Assembly: GCA_031371785.1 (NCBI GenBank)
Contig: JANMKC010000018.1
Location: 4,266-68,265 of the forward strand
DNA from: Flavobacteriales bacterium
GTDB lineage: Bacteria; Bacteroidota; Bacteroidia; Flavobacteriales_F; PHOS-HE28
Direction of reading: 5' to 3'
DNA: 64,000 nt
The notes below the pieces were generated by a model that was given only the letters and a program-made list of their open reading frames with translations, searched no databases and had not been told where the DNA came from. Position 1 is the stretch's first letter. Every line of letters begins with the position of its first letter. The position numbers and the translations under genes are program-made. Of the stretch, positions 48,576 through 56,712 are shown in pieces.

Positions 48576-48848
48576 TCAATACACCTCGTCGTGCGTTCCG
48601 ATGTCGATCAGCAGCACCTTGCTCTGGCCCTTGAGGAAAACGAATACCACGCGGCAGTCGTGGTCCACGCTGAACGCCCAGCAATGGCTGAGCTTCCCGG
48701 TGAGCTTGTGCGTCATAAGCCCGGCGGCGAAAGGGTCCGATGCGAAGAGCTGTAGTGCGTCCCAGAACCGTTGCTTCAGCAACGCATCAGGGCTGATGCG
48801 CTTATTATAGGAACGCTTGAAGCCTGCATCCCAAACCAGCTCGATCAT
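48576..48848 (-). CDS. type II toxin-antitoxin system RelE/YafQ-family toxin
   Basis: ...KLTGKLSHCWAFSVDHDCRVVFVFL...LLIDIGTHDEVY. Confidence 0.8.
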   Translation of the reverse strand: MIELVWDAGFKRSYNKRISPDALLKQRFWDALQLFASDPFAAGLMTHKLTGKLSHCWAFSVDHDCRVVFVFLKGQSKVLLIDIGTHDEVY

Positions 48849-49057
48849 GCTTCCAGGTCCTTGCGCAGGTCGGAGACCTTGCCCTTGCGCACCTTGCGCG
48901 CCTTGAGGTTCCGAGCGGCCATCTTCACGCGGATAACCAGCGCCTCCCGCGCGGCCTCCGCATAAGCCTTACGAATGATGCCAGCGGCGTACTCCTTCTC
49001 CTCCATGGGCAGGGCATCGAACTGCTCGATCACCGTATTGATGTCCTGGGTTCTCAT
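48845..49057 (-). CDS. antitoxin (RelB/DinJ-like) paired with the RelE-family toxin
   Basis: 70-aa gene overlapping the toxin start by 4 nt; TATCTTTG promoter-like motif ~20 nt upstream. Confidence 0.6.
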   Translation of the reverse strand: MRTQDINTVIEQFDALPMEEKEYAAGIIRKAYAEAAREALVIRVKMAARNLKARKVRKGKVSDLRKDLEA

Positions 49058-49090
49058 GGAGTTGGAAGTATGCTTCAAAGATAGGAGGCC

Positions 49091-49182
49091 GATACCCCCG
49101 ATCTCCCCCCCGAACACACGCTCGGGTGCGGCGCATCTCCGCCGCTCGGCTTATCCGCAAGCAACAAAGTCTGCCGATCGGC
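49091..49182. promoter_or_regulatory. ~93-nt repeat U, copy A (shared upstream element of the antitoxin genes)
   Basis: ~87% identical to 49754-49846; lies 34 nt upstream of the antitoxin ATG, next to a TAnnTTTG-like motif. Confidence 0.6.
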
Positions 49183-49200
49183 GGGATCGAAGTTGCCGCA

Positions 49201-49500
49201 CTATTTCTTCCGCTTGAACTTCTTCTTGGGGTCTTGGCTGGTGTGGAAGATGCGGTACACGACGATGGCATCGTCGAACACTTCGTAGATGATCACGAAC
49301 GGAAAGCCGTCCAACGGTGCTTGCCGGAAACGCTTGTACACGACCTGGAACCCTTTCGGGAACTGCACGATGTACTTCGCACAGTTCTCCACTTCAGCAA
49401 GGAAACGTTCATCAAGCCCAATCTGTCGTTGCCGATACCACCACATGGACTCCGCGATGTCCGTGTCGGCATCATCGCGGTAGATGAGCTTGCGGTTCAT
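49201..49500 (-). CDS. type II toxin-antitoxin system ParE/RelE-family toxin
   Basis: ...ESMWWYRQRQ...LDERFLAEVE...FPFVIIYEVFDDAIVVYRIFHTSQDP. Confidence 0.8.
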   Translation of the reverse strand: MNRKLIYRDDADTDIAESMWWYRQRQIGLDERFLAEVENCAKYIVQFPKGFQVVYKRFRQAPLDGFPFVIIYEVFDDAIVVYRIFHTSQDPKKKFKRKK

Positions 49501-49727
49501 CCACGCGCTGCTTTGCGTGCGCGTCGTCTCATTTGTTCCGGCGTGTAGCTCTTCCCTTCGCCGCGCAGGTAGCGTTTGCGCGCTTCATCCAATTCGGCTT
49601 TTTGCTCATCGCTCAGTTCGAAGCGGGTGCCGTGGTTCATGATCATATCCACGGAGCGCAACTGCGATTCGCTTTCGGTATCGAGGATCTGCTTGGCCAG
49701 CGCGACTTTCAGTTCAGTGAGCTTCAT
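49497..49727 (-). CDS. antitoxin (putative addiction-module component) paired with the ParE-family toxin
   Basis: MKLTELKVALAKQILDTESESQLRSV...SDEQKAELDEARKRY; 4-nt overlap with the toxin; TAGTTTTG motif upstream. Confidence 0.65.
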   Translation of the reverse strand: MKLTELKVALAKQILDTESESQLRSVDMIMNHGTRFELSDEQKAELDEARKRYLRGEGKSYTPEQMRRRARKAARG

Positions 49728-49753
49728 GCGGGTCGTTGTTGCCCCAAAACTAC

Positions 49754-49846
49754 GATGCCCCGATCGCACCACCTCCGAACCCACGCTCGGGTGCGGTGCA
49801 TCTCCGCCACTCGGCTTGACCGCGAGCAACAACGTCTGCCGCTCGG
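49754..49846. promoter_or_regulatory. ~93-nt repeat U, copy B
   Basis: see 49091-49182. Confidence 0.6.
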
Positions 49847-49862
49847 TGTGCGGTGCGTTCCG

Positions 49863-49927
49863 CCTCTGGCGGTCAACAAGTCTCACGAACAGATGGCCAG
49901 AGGCAAAGAACGACCTTGCCGATCGGC
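49863..49927. repeat. 65-nt direct repeat H, copy 2
   Basis: see 48485-48549; stem 49862-49870 / 49896-49904. Confidence 0.85.
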
Positions 49928-49971
49928 CTCATCACAGATAGGAAAAGCCCAGCGGCAGGATGGAGAAGAGT

Positions 49972-50173
49972 TCAGAAATGGATCGATAGCACAGCAGCGA
50001 GCCCTTCGCGGATCGGTTCCATCACCGTTGCGCTCACAACGCCAACTCGTTCGGTAAAGCGGTGCTCGCTGATCGAGCGCACTTGGAAACAGTCCGCCGC
50101 TGAAACCTTGCTGAGTTTGTTCTTCGCGTCCGGCGTGATGCGCACTTTCCAAGGAACTTGGGCATAGTGCATC
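49972..50173 (-). CDS. small hypothetical protein (67 aa)
   Basis: high-GC3 ORF MHYAQVPWKVRITPDAKNKLSKVS...; family not recognised. Confidence 0.3.
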
Positions 50174-50327
50174 GCAGGTTCAGGCAGGTTCGATCCCTTG
50201 TTTTCATCCCCGGTAGTGAGCGACACGTTCGACCTGCACTTATGAACTTGCGATAGAGGCAAAACTCTTTCTAGAATGCATGAGTCAGGAACAGGGATTG
50301 CTGCGGTAGCTGCATAACCTGAACACC

Positions 50328-50477
50328 ATGAGCCAGAAGAAAAGAACAGTCGCACCCCACGCCAAGCCTCCCGGCCTCGGTCGCAGCGCCATTACCGGCC
50401 GCTTCATGAGCGTGGCCGCTGCCAAGGCGCATAAGAAGACTGCCATCGTGATGGGCGGGAGGAGCGGAAAGAAATAG
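50328..50477 (+). CDS. small basic hypothetical protein (49 aa)
   Basis: MSQKKRTVAPHAKPPGLGRSAITGRFMSVAAAKAHKKTAIVMGGRSGKK; below the ORF-track length cut-off; speculative. Confidence 0.25.
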   Translation: MSQKKRTVAPHAKPPGLGRSAITGRFMSVAAAKAHKKTAIVMGGRSGKK

Positions 50478-50898
50478 GTCTACTTGCTCCGCCTGCCTTC
50501 CGGCTCGTCCGGTTTTGCCCACCGCATGTATGGGCGCTTGCTTTGTGGGCGATCTTCTACCGCGCCCTGCTCAGAGCAGACCGACACATTGGGTCCCGCC
50601 TCCAACTCGAACAGCCAGCTGAGCGCGCTGCACAAGTATTCTGCCTGAGCCGCTGTAAGGTCGGGTTGTGCAAGGCTTCCATCAGTTCCGCATGGCAACG
50701 TTCCGATCCCGCAGGAATCTCGATCTGTTCTACAGTCGGTAATTCTTGGAGGGATACAGGCGAGGTCATGGCAAAGGGATCTATCGATGCTTGATGCCGG
50801 ATCGGGCACCGATCCCCCGGATATTCACAGATGGTCTTCTTGCACTACCCGTGCGGATCCGAGATGCCGGTTCCGGAGGATCTTCTCGGAAGGAGGAC

Positions 50899-51240
50899 TT
50901 ACCTCAGCAGCAGGATGAGCAGCAGGATGATGATCACCGTGCCAGCCGAGATGTAGATCACCTCACCACCACGGTTGTAGGTGGCCGCTTCACGCTTCAG
51001 GTCTCTTACCTCGGTACGCAACGCCTTCCGTTCTTCATGTGTAAGCGTTGAGCGATCAATGGTGCTGATCGTCTCCAAGCGATCGACGATCTGGAGCACG
51101 CATTGTTGATCAGCGCTGTTCAACTTCTGGAAGTTCTCCTGGTTGATGCGTATGGGACTCGAAGGCTCACTGGCCAATGTCGTATTGGCGAAGAGGCCGA
51201 AGCCGAAGCTGACCAACAGGAGGTGTTTCATGTTCTTCAT
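50899..51240 (-). CDS. small secreted/membrane protein (signal peptide plus C-terminal TM helix)
   Basis: MKNMKHLLLVSFGFGLFANTTLA signal; C-terminal VIYISAGTVIIILLLILLL. Confidence 0.5.
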   Translation of the reverse strand: MKNMKHLLLVSFGFGLFANTTLASEPSSPIRINQENFQKLNSADQQCVLQIVDRLETISTIDRSTLTHEERKALRTEVRDLKREAATYNRGGEVIYISAGTVIIILLLILLLR

Positions 51241-51550
51241 GATCATGGGTTTGGCGCATCGCAGCCGAAGAAGCATGCCGCAAGGCTGCGCGGGCCTCGA
51301 ACGGTGCAATATCAGGCACGACCGCGCGAACGCCGGAAGAAAGAAGCTTGGTGTTGCGCGTAGCATATGGGGATATTCCTCCACAACATCTGCGGTGAAA
51401 AGTCCTCCGTATCCACAAATGCGGCACATGTTCGTACGGTCCCTGCTAGGGCATGCTTCCCATCGAGCAGGGATCGCTCATCCGGGCCAGAGGCTTTCGG
51501 ATCACCGATATTCGCCTGTTCCGCTTCTCTTTGCAGCACGCACAACCGAT

Positions 51551-52231
51551 ATGGCCATGACCAACGAACCTCGCACGATCGTGAAAAAAGCGAACAGGAT
51601 CGAGAACTACGAGAAGATCGAATGCAGCTTGATACTGATCGACCTGAGCGGTTTCACGCAGTTGCTCTATCACGCCAGCTACTCGGAGAAGATCATGCGC
51701 ACGGTGGTGCTGGCGATGAAGAAGATGTTCCAGGACGCGATGCTCTCGGCTTCAGCCGCGCGGGACATCCAGATCATCAATACGACAGGCGACGGCTTCA
51801 TCGCGATCGCCATCGGCGACACACCATCGCGTACGGCGGTGAAATACGTGGAGCAGGTGCGCATCCATTTCGTGCAGTACGTGAGTTCGATCGTCAACTC
51901 CGTCCCGTTCCGGCAGAAGGTGGACCTGCGGATCGCGCTGCACCACGGGAGCGTGTACCGGATGGAGATCGCCGATCCTTCGGGCGCTGCCTATCCCCTC
52001 TACCTTGGCGACGACATCAACCTGATCGCGCGCGTGATCAATGGCCAGGTGGCGCGCCGCTATGGGGTGGCCATCACCAAGCACTTCCTCCGGCGACTGA
52101 TGTTGCAGGACAAGAGCACGACCCCGGACGAGGTGATCGTGGACCGCAATCGCTATCCGGAGCAGATCGACATCTACCGGCTGCCGGACCGCATTCCCGA
52201 ATACGTTCCGGCGAAGAAGCGCAAAGCATAG
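51551..52231 (+). CDS. standalone class III nucleotidyl cyclase domain protein (adenylate/guanylate-cyclase-like catalytic domain only)
   Basis: metal-binding Asp motifs LILIDLSGFT and INTTGDGFIAIAIGD; LRIALHHGSVY; transition-state motif GDDINLIARV (N...R); the canonical K/D (ATP) or E/C (GTP) specificity positions are occupied by T/N and L. Confidence 0.7.
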   Translation: MAMTNEPRTIVKKANRIENYEKIECSLILIDLSGFTQLLYHASYSEKIMRTVVLAMKKMFQDAMLSASAARDIQIINTTGDGFIAIAIGDTPSRTAVKYVEQVRIHFVQYVSSIVNSVPFRQKVDLRIALHHGSVYRMEIADPSGAAYPLYLGDDINLIARVINGQVARRYGVAITKHFLRRLMLQDKSTTPDEVIVDRNRYPEQIDIYRLPDRIPEYVPAKKRKA

Positions 52232-52265
52232 GATCCATGCCTTGCGTGACATGCGCCGGCCGCCG

Positions 52266-52541
52266 TCACTTCCTCAGCACGCGCCAGATCCACCGCGCCA
52301 GGAAAAAGAGCAACACACCGCTCAGAAGCGCACCAAGAAGAACTCCGGCGACGTATCCCCCTTGATAGGCCGCGTTGCCATCGCTCGTTCGGGAGAAGGC
52401 GACCATCGCACCATGGACGACCGCCCATGCGAGCAGCAAGCAAGGCCCGATGCAGACAACGGCGAGGAATTTCCTGAGCACGCGCAAAGATGTCGGCACG
52501 ATCGATCCCCTTGACCAGCGCCGTAAACGTCGGTCGAGCAT
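52266..52541 (-). CDS. small two-TM membrane protein (hypothetical)
   Basis: 91 aa; two hydrophobic helices. Confidence 0.45.
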   Translation of the reverse strand: MLDRRLRRWSRGSIVPTSLRVLRKFLAVVCIGPCLLLAWAVVHGAMVAFSRTSDGNAAYQGGYVAGVLLGALLSGVLLFFLARWIWRVLRK

Positions 52542-52691
52542 CGGCCCCCGCTTTCCCTATGCTCACGCAGGGTCTCAGCAAGAGCGGTGTGCGTTCCAAC
52601 AGATCACTGGACCCTGCGGGGTCTTGGTGGCTCAGGGTCCCGAATTGGAGACCCTGAGCGAGGGAAGTTCATCATCGTTGGAACGATCAGA

Positions 52692-53114
52692 CTACGACGT
52701 GAGCGATGCACCCGTATCGAGCATCGACCCAGCAATTGTCCGCTGAGGAATGCGAATGCTCGTGATGGTTGGTCGGCCGATATCGAAGGCAACGGTCTTG
52801 CGCCAGAGAAAGCTGCGTTGCTTGATCCCGTGGATCTCCGACCACGGGATCAGCAAAGGCGGATGACCGATGGAGAACAGGAACAATACCGAAAGGTGAA
52901 GTCCGAACCCGTCATGTCCGACGAACAGGATGTTCCGGTAAGAAACAATGCCGACGTGTCCGGAACACCAACTCGTTTCCATCGGGGATACTGATGGTGC
53001 ACGGAAATTCTTCGCGAGACCCTTCCACCCACTGAACCAGGCCAGGAAATGGAACAGCAGGAGGACGAAGCCTGCGACCAAGGGCACAGCGAGCCAGCCG
53101 CTCATCGCATCCAT
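52692..53114 (-). CDS. membrane protein (hypothetical)
   Basis: 140 aa; N-terminal TM helices WLAVPLVAGFVLLLFHFLAWF. Confidence 0.45.
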   Translation of the reverse strand: MDAMSGWLAVPLVAGFVLLLFHFLAWFSGWKGLAKNFRAPSVSPMETSWCSGHVGIVSYRNILFVGHDGFGLHLSVLFLFSIGHPPLLIPWSEIHGIKQRSFLWRKTVAFDIGRPTITSIRIPQRTIAGSMLDTGASLTS

Positions 53115-53125
53115 CCGATCCGCAT

Positions 53126-54340
53126 CTACTTGAACGCCGCCAGCCCCGTCACCTCCTGCCCGGTGATGAGCAGGTGGATGTCGTGCGTGCCTTCGTAGGT
53201 GACCACGCTTTCGAGGTTCATCATGTGGCGCATGATCGGATACTCGTTGGTGATGCCCATGCCGCCGAGGATCTGTCGGGCTTCGCGGGCCACGGTAAGG
53301 GCGAGCATCACGTTGTTGCGCTTGGCCATGCTGATCTGCGCGGTGGTGGCGCGGCCTTCATTGCGCAGGGTGCCGAGGCGCCACGTGAGCAGTTGCGCCT
53401 TGGTGATCTCGGTGATCATCTCGGCGAGCTTCTTCTGCGTGAGCTGGAACTGGCCGATGGGCTTGTCGAACTGGATGCGCTGCTTCGCATAGCGTAACGC
53501 CGTGTCGTAGCATTCCATCGCCACGCCGAGCGTACCCCACGCGATGCCGTAGCGCGCGCTGTCCAAGCAGCCAAGCGGTGCACCGAGACCGCTCTTGTTC
53601 GGCAGCAGGTTGGTCTTCGGGACCTTCACGTTGTCGAACACGAGTTCACCGGTGGGTGATGCGCGCAGTGAAAGTTTGCCATGTGTCGTCGGTGTGGTGA
53701 AGCCCTCCATGCCGCGCTCCACGATGAGGCCATGGATGCGGCCGCTCTCGTCCTTCGCCCACACCACCGCGATGTCCGCGATGGGGCTGTTGCTGATCCA
53801 CATCTTCGCGCCGTTCAGCAAGTAGTGGTCGCCCTTGTCGATGAAGTGGGTGGTCATGCCACCGGGGTTGCTGCCGTGGTCCGGCTCGGTGAGACCGAAG
53901 CAGCCGATCTTCTTGCCCGCGGCGAGTTGTGGCAGCCACTTTTTCTTCTGCTCCTCGTTGCCGTATTTCCAGATCGGGTACATCACCAATGATCCCTGCA
54001 CGCTGCACAGGGAGCGCAGTCCGCTGTCGCAACGTTCGATCTCCTGCATGATCACGCCATAGCTGATCTGGTCCAGGCCCATGCCGCCGTATTCGATGGG
54101 CACCATCGGCCCGAACGCACCTATCTCCGCCAGACCGGGAATGATCTCCGGATGGAATTCCGCCTTCTCGAAGCTCTCTTCGATGATCGGCTTCAGGTAC
54201 TTGCTTACATGCTTGCGCGCCGTTTCACGGATCAACTTCTGCTCCTCGGTGAGCAGTTCATCCACCAGGTAGTGGTCGTGGAACTGGAAGAGGTCGGTAG
54301 CGGTGGACTTCTTTGCCGGAGTGGTCGCGGTGGAATTCAT
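53126..54340 (-). CDS. acyl-CoA dehydrogenase, glutaryl-CoA dehydrogenase-like
   Basis: ...CFGLTEPDHGSNPGGM...; C-terminal YEGTHDIH...; full-length ACAD architecture. Confidence 0.9.
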   Translation of the reverse strand: MNSTATTPAKKSTATDLFQFHDHYLVDELLTEEQKLIRETARKHVSKYLKPIIEESFEKAEFHPEIIPGLAEIGAFGPMVPIEYGGMGLDQISYGVIMQEIERCDSGLRSLCSVQGSLVMYPIWKYGNEEQKKKWLPQLAAGKKIGCFGLTEPDHGSNPGGMTTHFIDKGDHYLLNGAKMWISNSPIADIAVVWAKDESGRIHGLIVERGMEGFTTPTTHGKLSLRASPTGELVFDNVKVPKTNLLPNKSGLGAPLGCLDSARYGIAWGTLGVAMECYDTALRYAKQRIQFDKPIGQFQLTQKKLAEMITEITKAQLLTWRLGTLRNEGRATTAQISMAKRNNVMLALTVAREARQILGGMGITNEYPIMRHMMNLESVVTYEGTHDIHLLITGQEVTGLAAFK

Positions 54341-54435
54341 GTGGATGTGTGGAGCCTGTTCAACAGTGGGTGCAAAAGTAGGACGGCCCATCGCGCCCTT
54401 TCCCGCAGGAGCGGTCCACCTTTGCACCCTTGGGA

Positions 54436-55122
54436 ATGGACAAGCTCCGCGCGATCGATCCCCTGGGTGCTGACTGGACCCTGCTCATCCTGCTGGTGGC
54501 GCTGGGCACCTTGGGGTGGATCAATCTGGTATCGCCGAAGAAGTGGCGTCTGCTTGTGCGCTCGTTCTTCAGCTACCGGCTAGGCCGCCAAACGCTGCGC
54601 GATGAACTCGATCTGCAGGATCGCACATTGATCGGCCTGGCGATCATGGCCTGCGGTACGATAGCGCTCTTCCTCTACCAGGTCGCCGTGCTGCGCGGCG
54701 GACTTGTGGCGGGCTTCGGGCCATGGTCGCGCCTCTTTGGTGTGTGTCTTGGTGTGCAGGTGGCGCAAGTCCTTGTCGTGCGCTTGGTCGGTCTGCTGGT
54801 GGAAGCGGACAGCGGTCTGTCGGAATACCTCTTTACCCTGCTGCTTTTCCATGTGGCCTTGGGCATTGTGCTGTTACCGATCGCTGGCGTAATGGCGTTC
54901 CCACATGTGTTCTCATGGCGCGCATGGCTGCCATGGGCGGGCGGGCTGTTGGTGGCTGTGGTGGTAGGCTTCCGGTGGGTGCGGGCGGCCGTGGTCGGGC
55001 TGGGTGAGGGGGTACCTCTCCGCTACATTTTCATTTACCTTTGCGCCCTTGAAATTCTGCCTGCCGCATTGGCATTCCAGCACGTGAGGCAACTCGTTCC
55101 TACACCGTCCCACACCCTCTAA
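54436..55122 (+). CDS. DUF4271-like membrane protein
   Basis: polytopic membrane protein directly upstream of hemD, the conserved Bacteroidota arrangement. Confidence 0.65.
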   Translation: MDKLRAIDPLGADWTLLILLVALGTLGWINLVSPKKWRLLVRSFFSYRLGRQTLRDELDLQDRTLIGLAIMACGTIALFLYQVAVLRGGLVAGFGPWSRLFGVCLGVQVAQVLVVRLVGLLVEADSGLSEYLFTLLLFHVALGIVLLPIAGVMAFPHVFSWRAWLPWAGGLLVAVVVGFRWVRAAVVGLGEGVPLRYIFIYLCALEILPAALAFQHVRQLVPTPSHTL

Positions 55123-55136
55123 GCTGAGCGGCCTTG

Positions 55137-55895
55137 ATGAAGACCAAGTCCATCCTCGTTACCCAGCCTGAGCCTACGGACGACAAGAACCCTTATGCCG
55201 ATCTGGCCAAGAAGTTCAGTTTGAAGATCGACTTCCGGGCCTTCATCAAGATCGAAGCGGTGCCGGGACAGGAGTTCCGCCAGGAACGGATCAACGTACT
55301 GGACCACTCGGCCATCGTGCTCACCAGCCGCAATGCGGTGGACCACTTCTTCCGCATGTGCAAGGAGTTGCGCCTCACCGTGCCGGAAAGCATGAAGTAT
55401 TTCTGCGTAAGCGAAAGCGTCGCCTACTATGTGCAGAAGTACATCGTGTACCGCAAGCGGAAAGTGTTCATCGGCAAGCAGAGCTTCGGCGACCTGATGG
55501 ATGTGATCAAGAAGCACAAGGAGGAGCGCTACCTCGTACCGTGCAGCGATATCCAGAAGCAGGAGATCCCCGCTTTGCTGGACAAGGCTGGCGTGCAGTA
55601 CACCAACGCGGTCTTCTATCGCACAGTGGCCAGCGACCTTAGCGATATGAAGGACCTGGCGCACGACATGCTCGTGTTCTTCAGCCCCGGTGGCATCGAG
55701 AGCCTGCGAAGGAACTTCCCGAAATTCAAGCAGAACGGCACCGTGATCGCCGCTTTCGGGCCTACCACCGCAAAGGCCGTGAAGGACGCGGGGTTCCGTT
55801 TGGACATCGAAGCGCCCATGCCCGAAGCACCCAGCATGACCGGTGCCATCGAACTGTACATGAAGAAGGCTGCCAAGGAGGCGAAGAAGAAATAG
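55137..55895 (+). CDS. hemD: uroporphyrinogen-III synthase
   Basis: KSILVTQPEP...; HemD fold-typical ~250 aa. Confidence 0.8.
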   Translation: MKTKSILVTQPEPTDDKNPYADLAKKFSLKIDFRAFIKIEAVPGQEFRQERINVLDHSAIVLTSRNAVDHFFRMCKELRLTVPESMKYFCVSESVAYYVQKYIVYRKRKVFIGKQSFGDLMDVIKKHKEERYLVPCSDIQKQEIPALLDKAGVQYTNAVFYRTVASDLSDMKDLAHDMLVFFSPGGIESLRRNFPKFKQNGTVIAAFGPTTAKAVKDAGFRLDIEAPMPEAPSMTGAIELYMKKAAKEAKKK

Positions 55896-55902
55896 GTCTC
55901 GA

Positions 55903-55999
55903 CTGCGCTCGACCTGACAAATACGGCTGCGCTCGACCTGACAAATACGGCTCCGCTCGACTTGACAAATACGGCTCCGCTCGGCTTGACAGATGATCG
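55903..55999. repeat. tandem 24-bp direct repeats (about 4 units), each containing a (T/C)TGACA motif
   Basis: ctgcgctcgacctgacaaatacgg twice exactly, then ctccgctcgacttgacaaatacgg, then a degenerate fourth unit. Confidence 0.85.
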
Positions 56000-56067
56000 A
56001 CCGTGCCAAGGGTGCTTGATCCGCGAAGCCCGGTCCACAACACGGATAACCGCTGAACACGCGTTCC

Positions 56068-56469
56068 ATGCCAGCCGCACGACCTCGCGCTACCTTCCGC
56101 AAGAACGAACGCCTCACTGGCCGCGACGCCATCAACGCGGTAGTGAAGAACGGATGCGCCATGAACGAAGCACCTTTCCGCATTGTGGGCCTCATCACCT
56201 CCCTTGATTCCACATCTCCGACGCAAGTGGCCTTCGCCATACCGAAGCGCTATGTGCATGACGCCGTGGACCGGAACCTGATCCGCCGCCGGATACGCGA
56301 GGCTTACCGCATGGACAAGGAGCGCTGGTACGCGCCGCTGCGCGCCGCGGATAAACAATGCGCCTGGCTGCTCATCTACCAGTCTTCACATTCGTTGGCG
56401 TTCACCGAAACGCGCAGCAGACTTTCCAGCGTTCTGGACCGTTGGCTCAAACAGCATCTTGCCCCATGA
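56068..56469 (+). CDS. rnpA: ribonuclease P protein component
   Basis: basic protein [16 protein letters not shown]...AFAIPKR...[13 protein letters not shown]. Confidence 0.85.
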   Translation: MPAARPRATFRKNERLTGRDAINAVVKNGCAMNEAPFRIVGLITSLDSTSPTQVAFAIPKRYVHDAVDRNLIRRRIREAYRMDKERWYAPLRAADKQCAWLLIYQSSHSLAFTETRSRLSSVLDRWLKQHLAP

Positions 56470-56678
56470 TCGCCAAGTTCCTCATCGGCCTCGTGCGTGT
56501 GTACCAGTACACGCTCTCGCCGCTGCTGCCCGGTGCCTGCCGCTTCACCCCCAGTTGCAGTGAGTACGGTGTACAGGCCCTGCGCAAGCATGGCACGTGG
56601 CGCGGTGGTCTGCTTACCCTGAAGCGCTTTCTATCTTGCCATCCGTGGGGCGGCCACGGTTATGATCCGGTCCCTTAG
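56466..56678 (+). CDS. yidD: membrane protein insertion efficiency factor YidD
   Basis: [38 protein letters not shown]...GGHGYDPVP. Confidence 0.85.
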   Translation: MIAKFLIGLVRVYQYTLSPLLPGACRFTPSCSEYGVQALRKHGTWRGGLLTLKRFLSCHPWGGHGYDPVP

Positions 56679-56712
56679 CACATACAACTCAGCCGATATT
56701 CCGGCACTACGC

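Noticed and set aside
50480-50809. 109-aa Cys-rich minus-strand ORF and overlapping 83-aa plus-strand ORF
   Set aside because: Weak, mixed third-position GC and mutually overlapping frames. The coding status cannot be decided from sequence alone.
51143-51550. Upstream extension of the cyclase ORF (362-aa version)
   Set aside because: The extension overlaps the divergent gene's upstream region and lacks cyclase similarity. The ATG at 51551 gives a compact domain protein.
55903-55999. Possible CRISPR array
   Set aside because: The units are contiguous with no spacers and there are only ~4 copies, so this is a simple tandem repeat. No cas genes are in the window.
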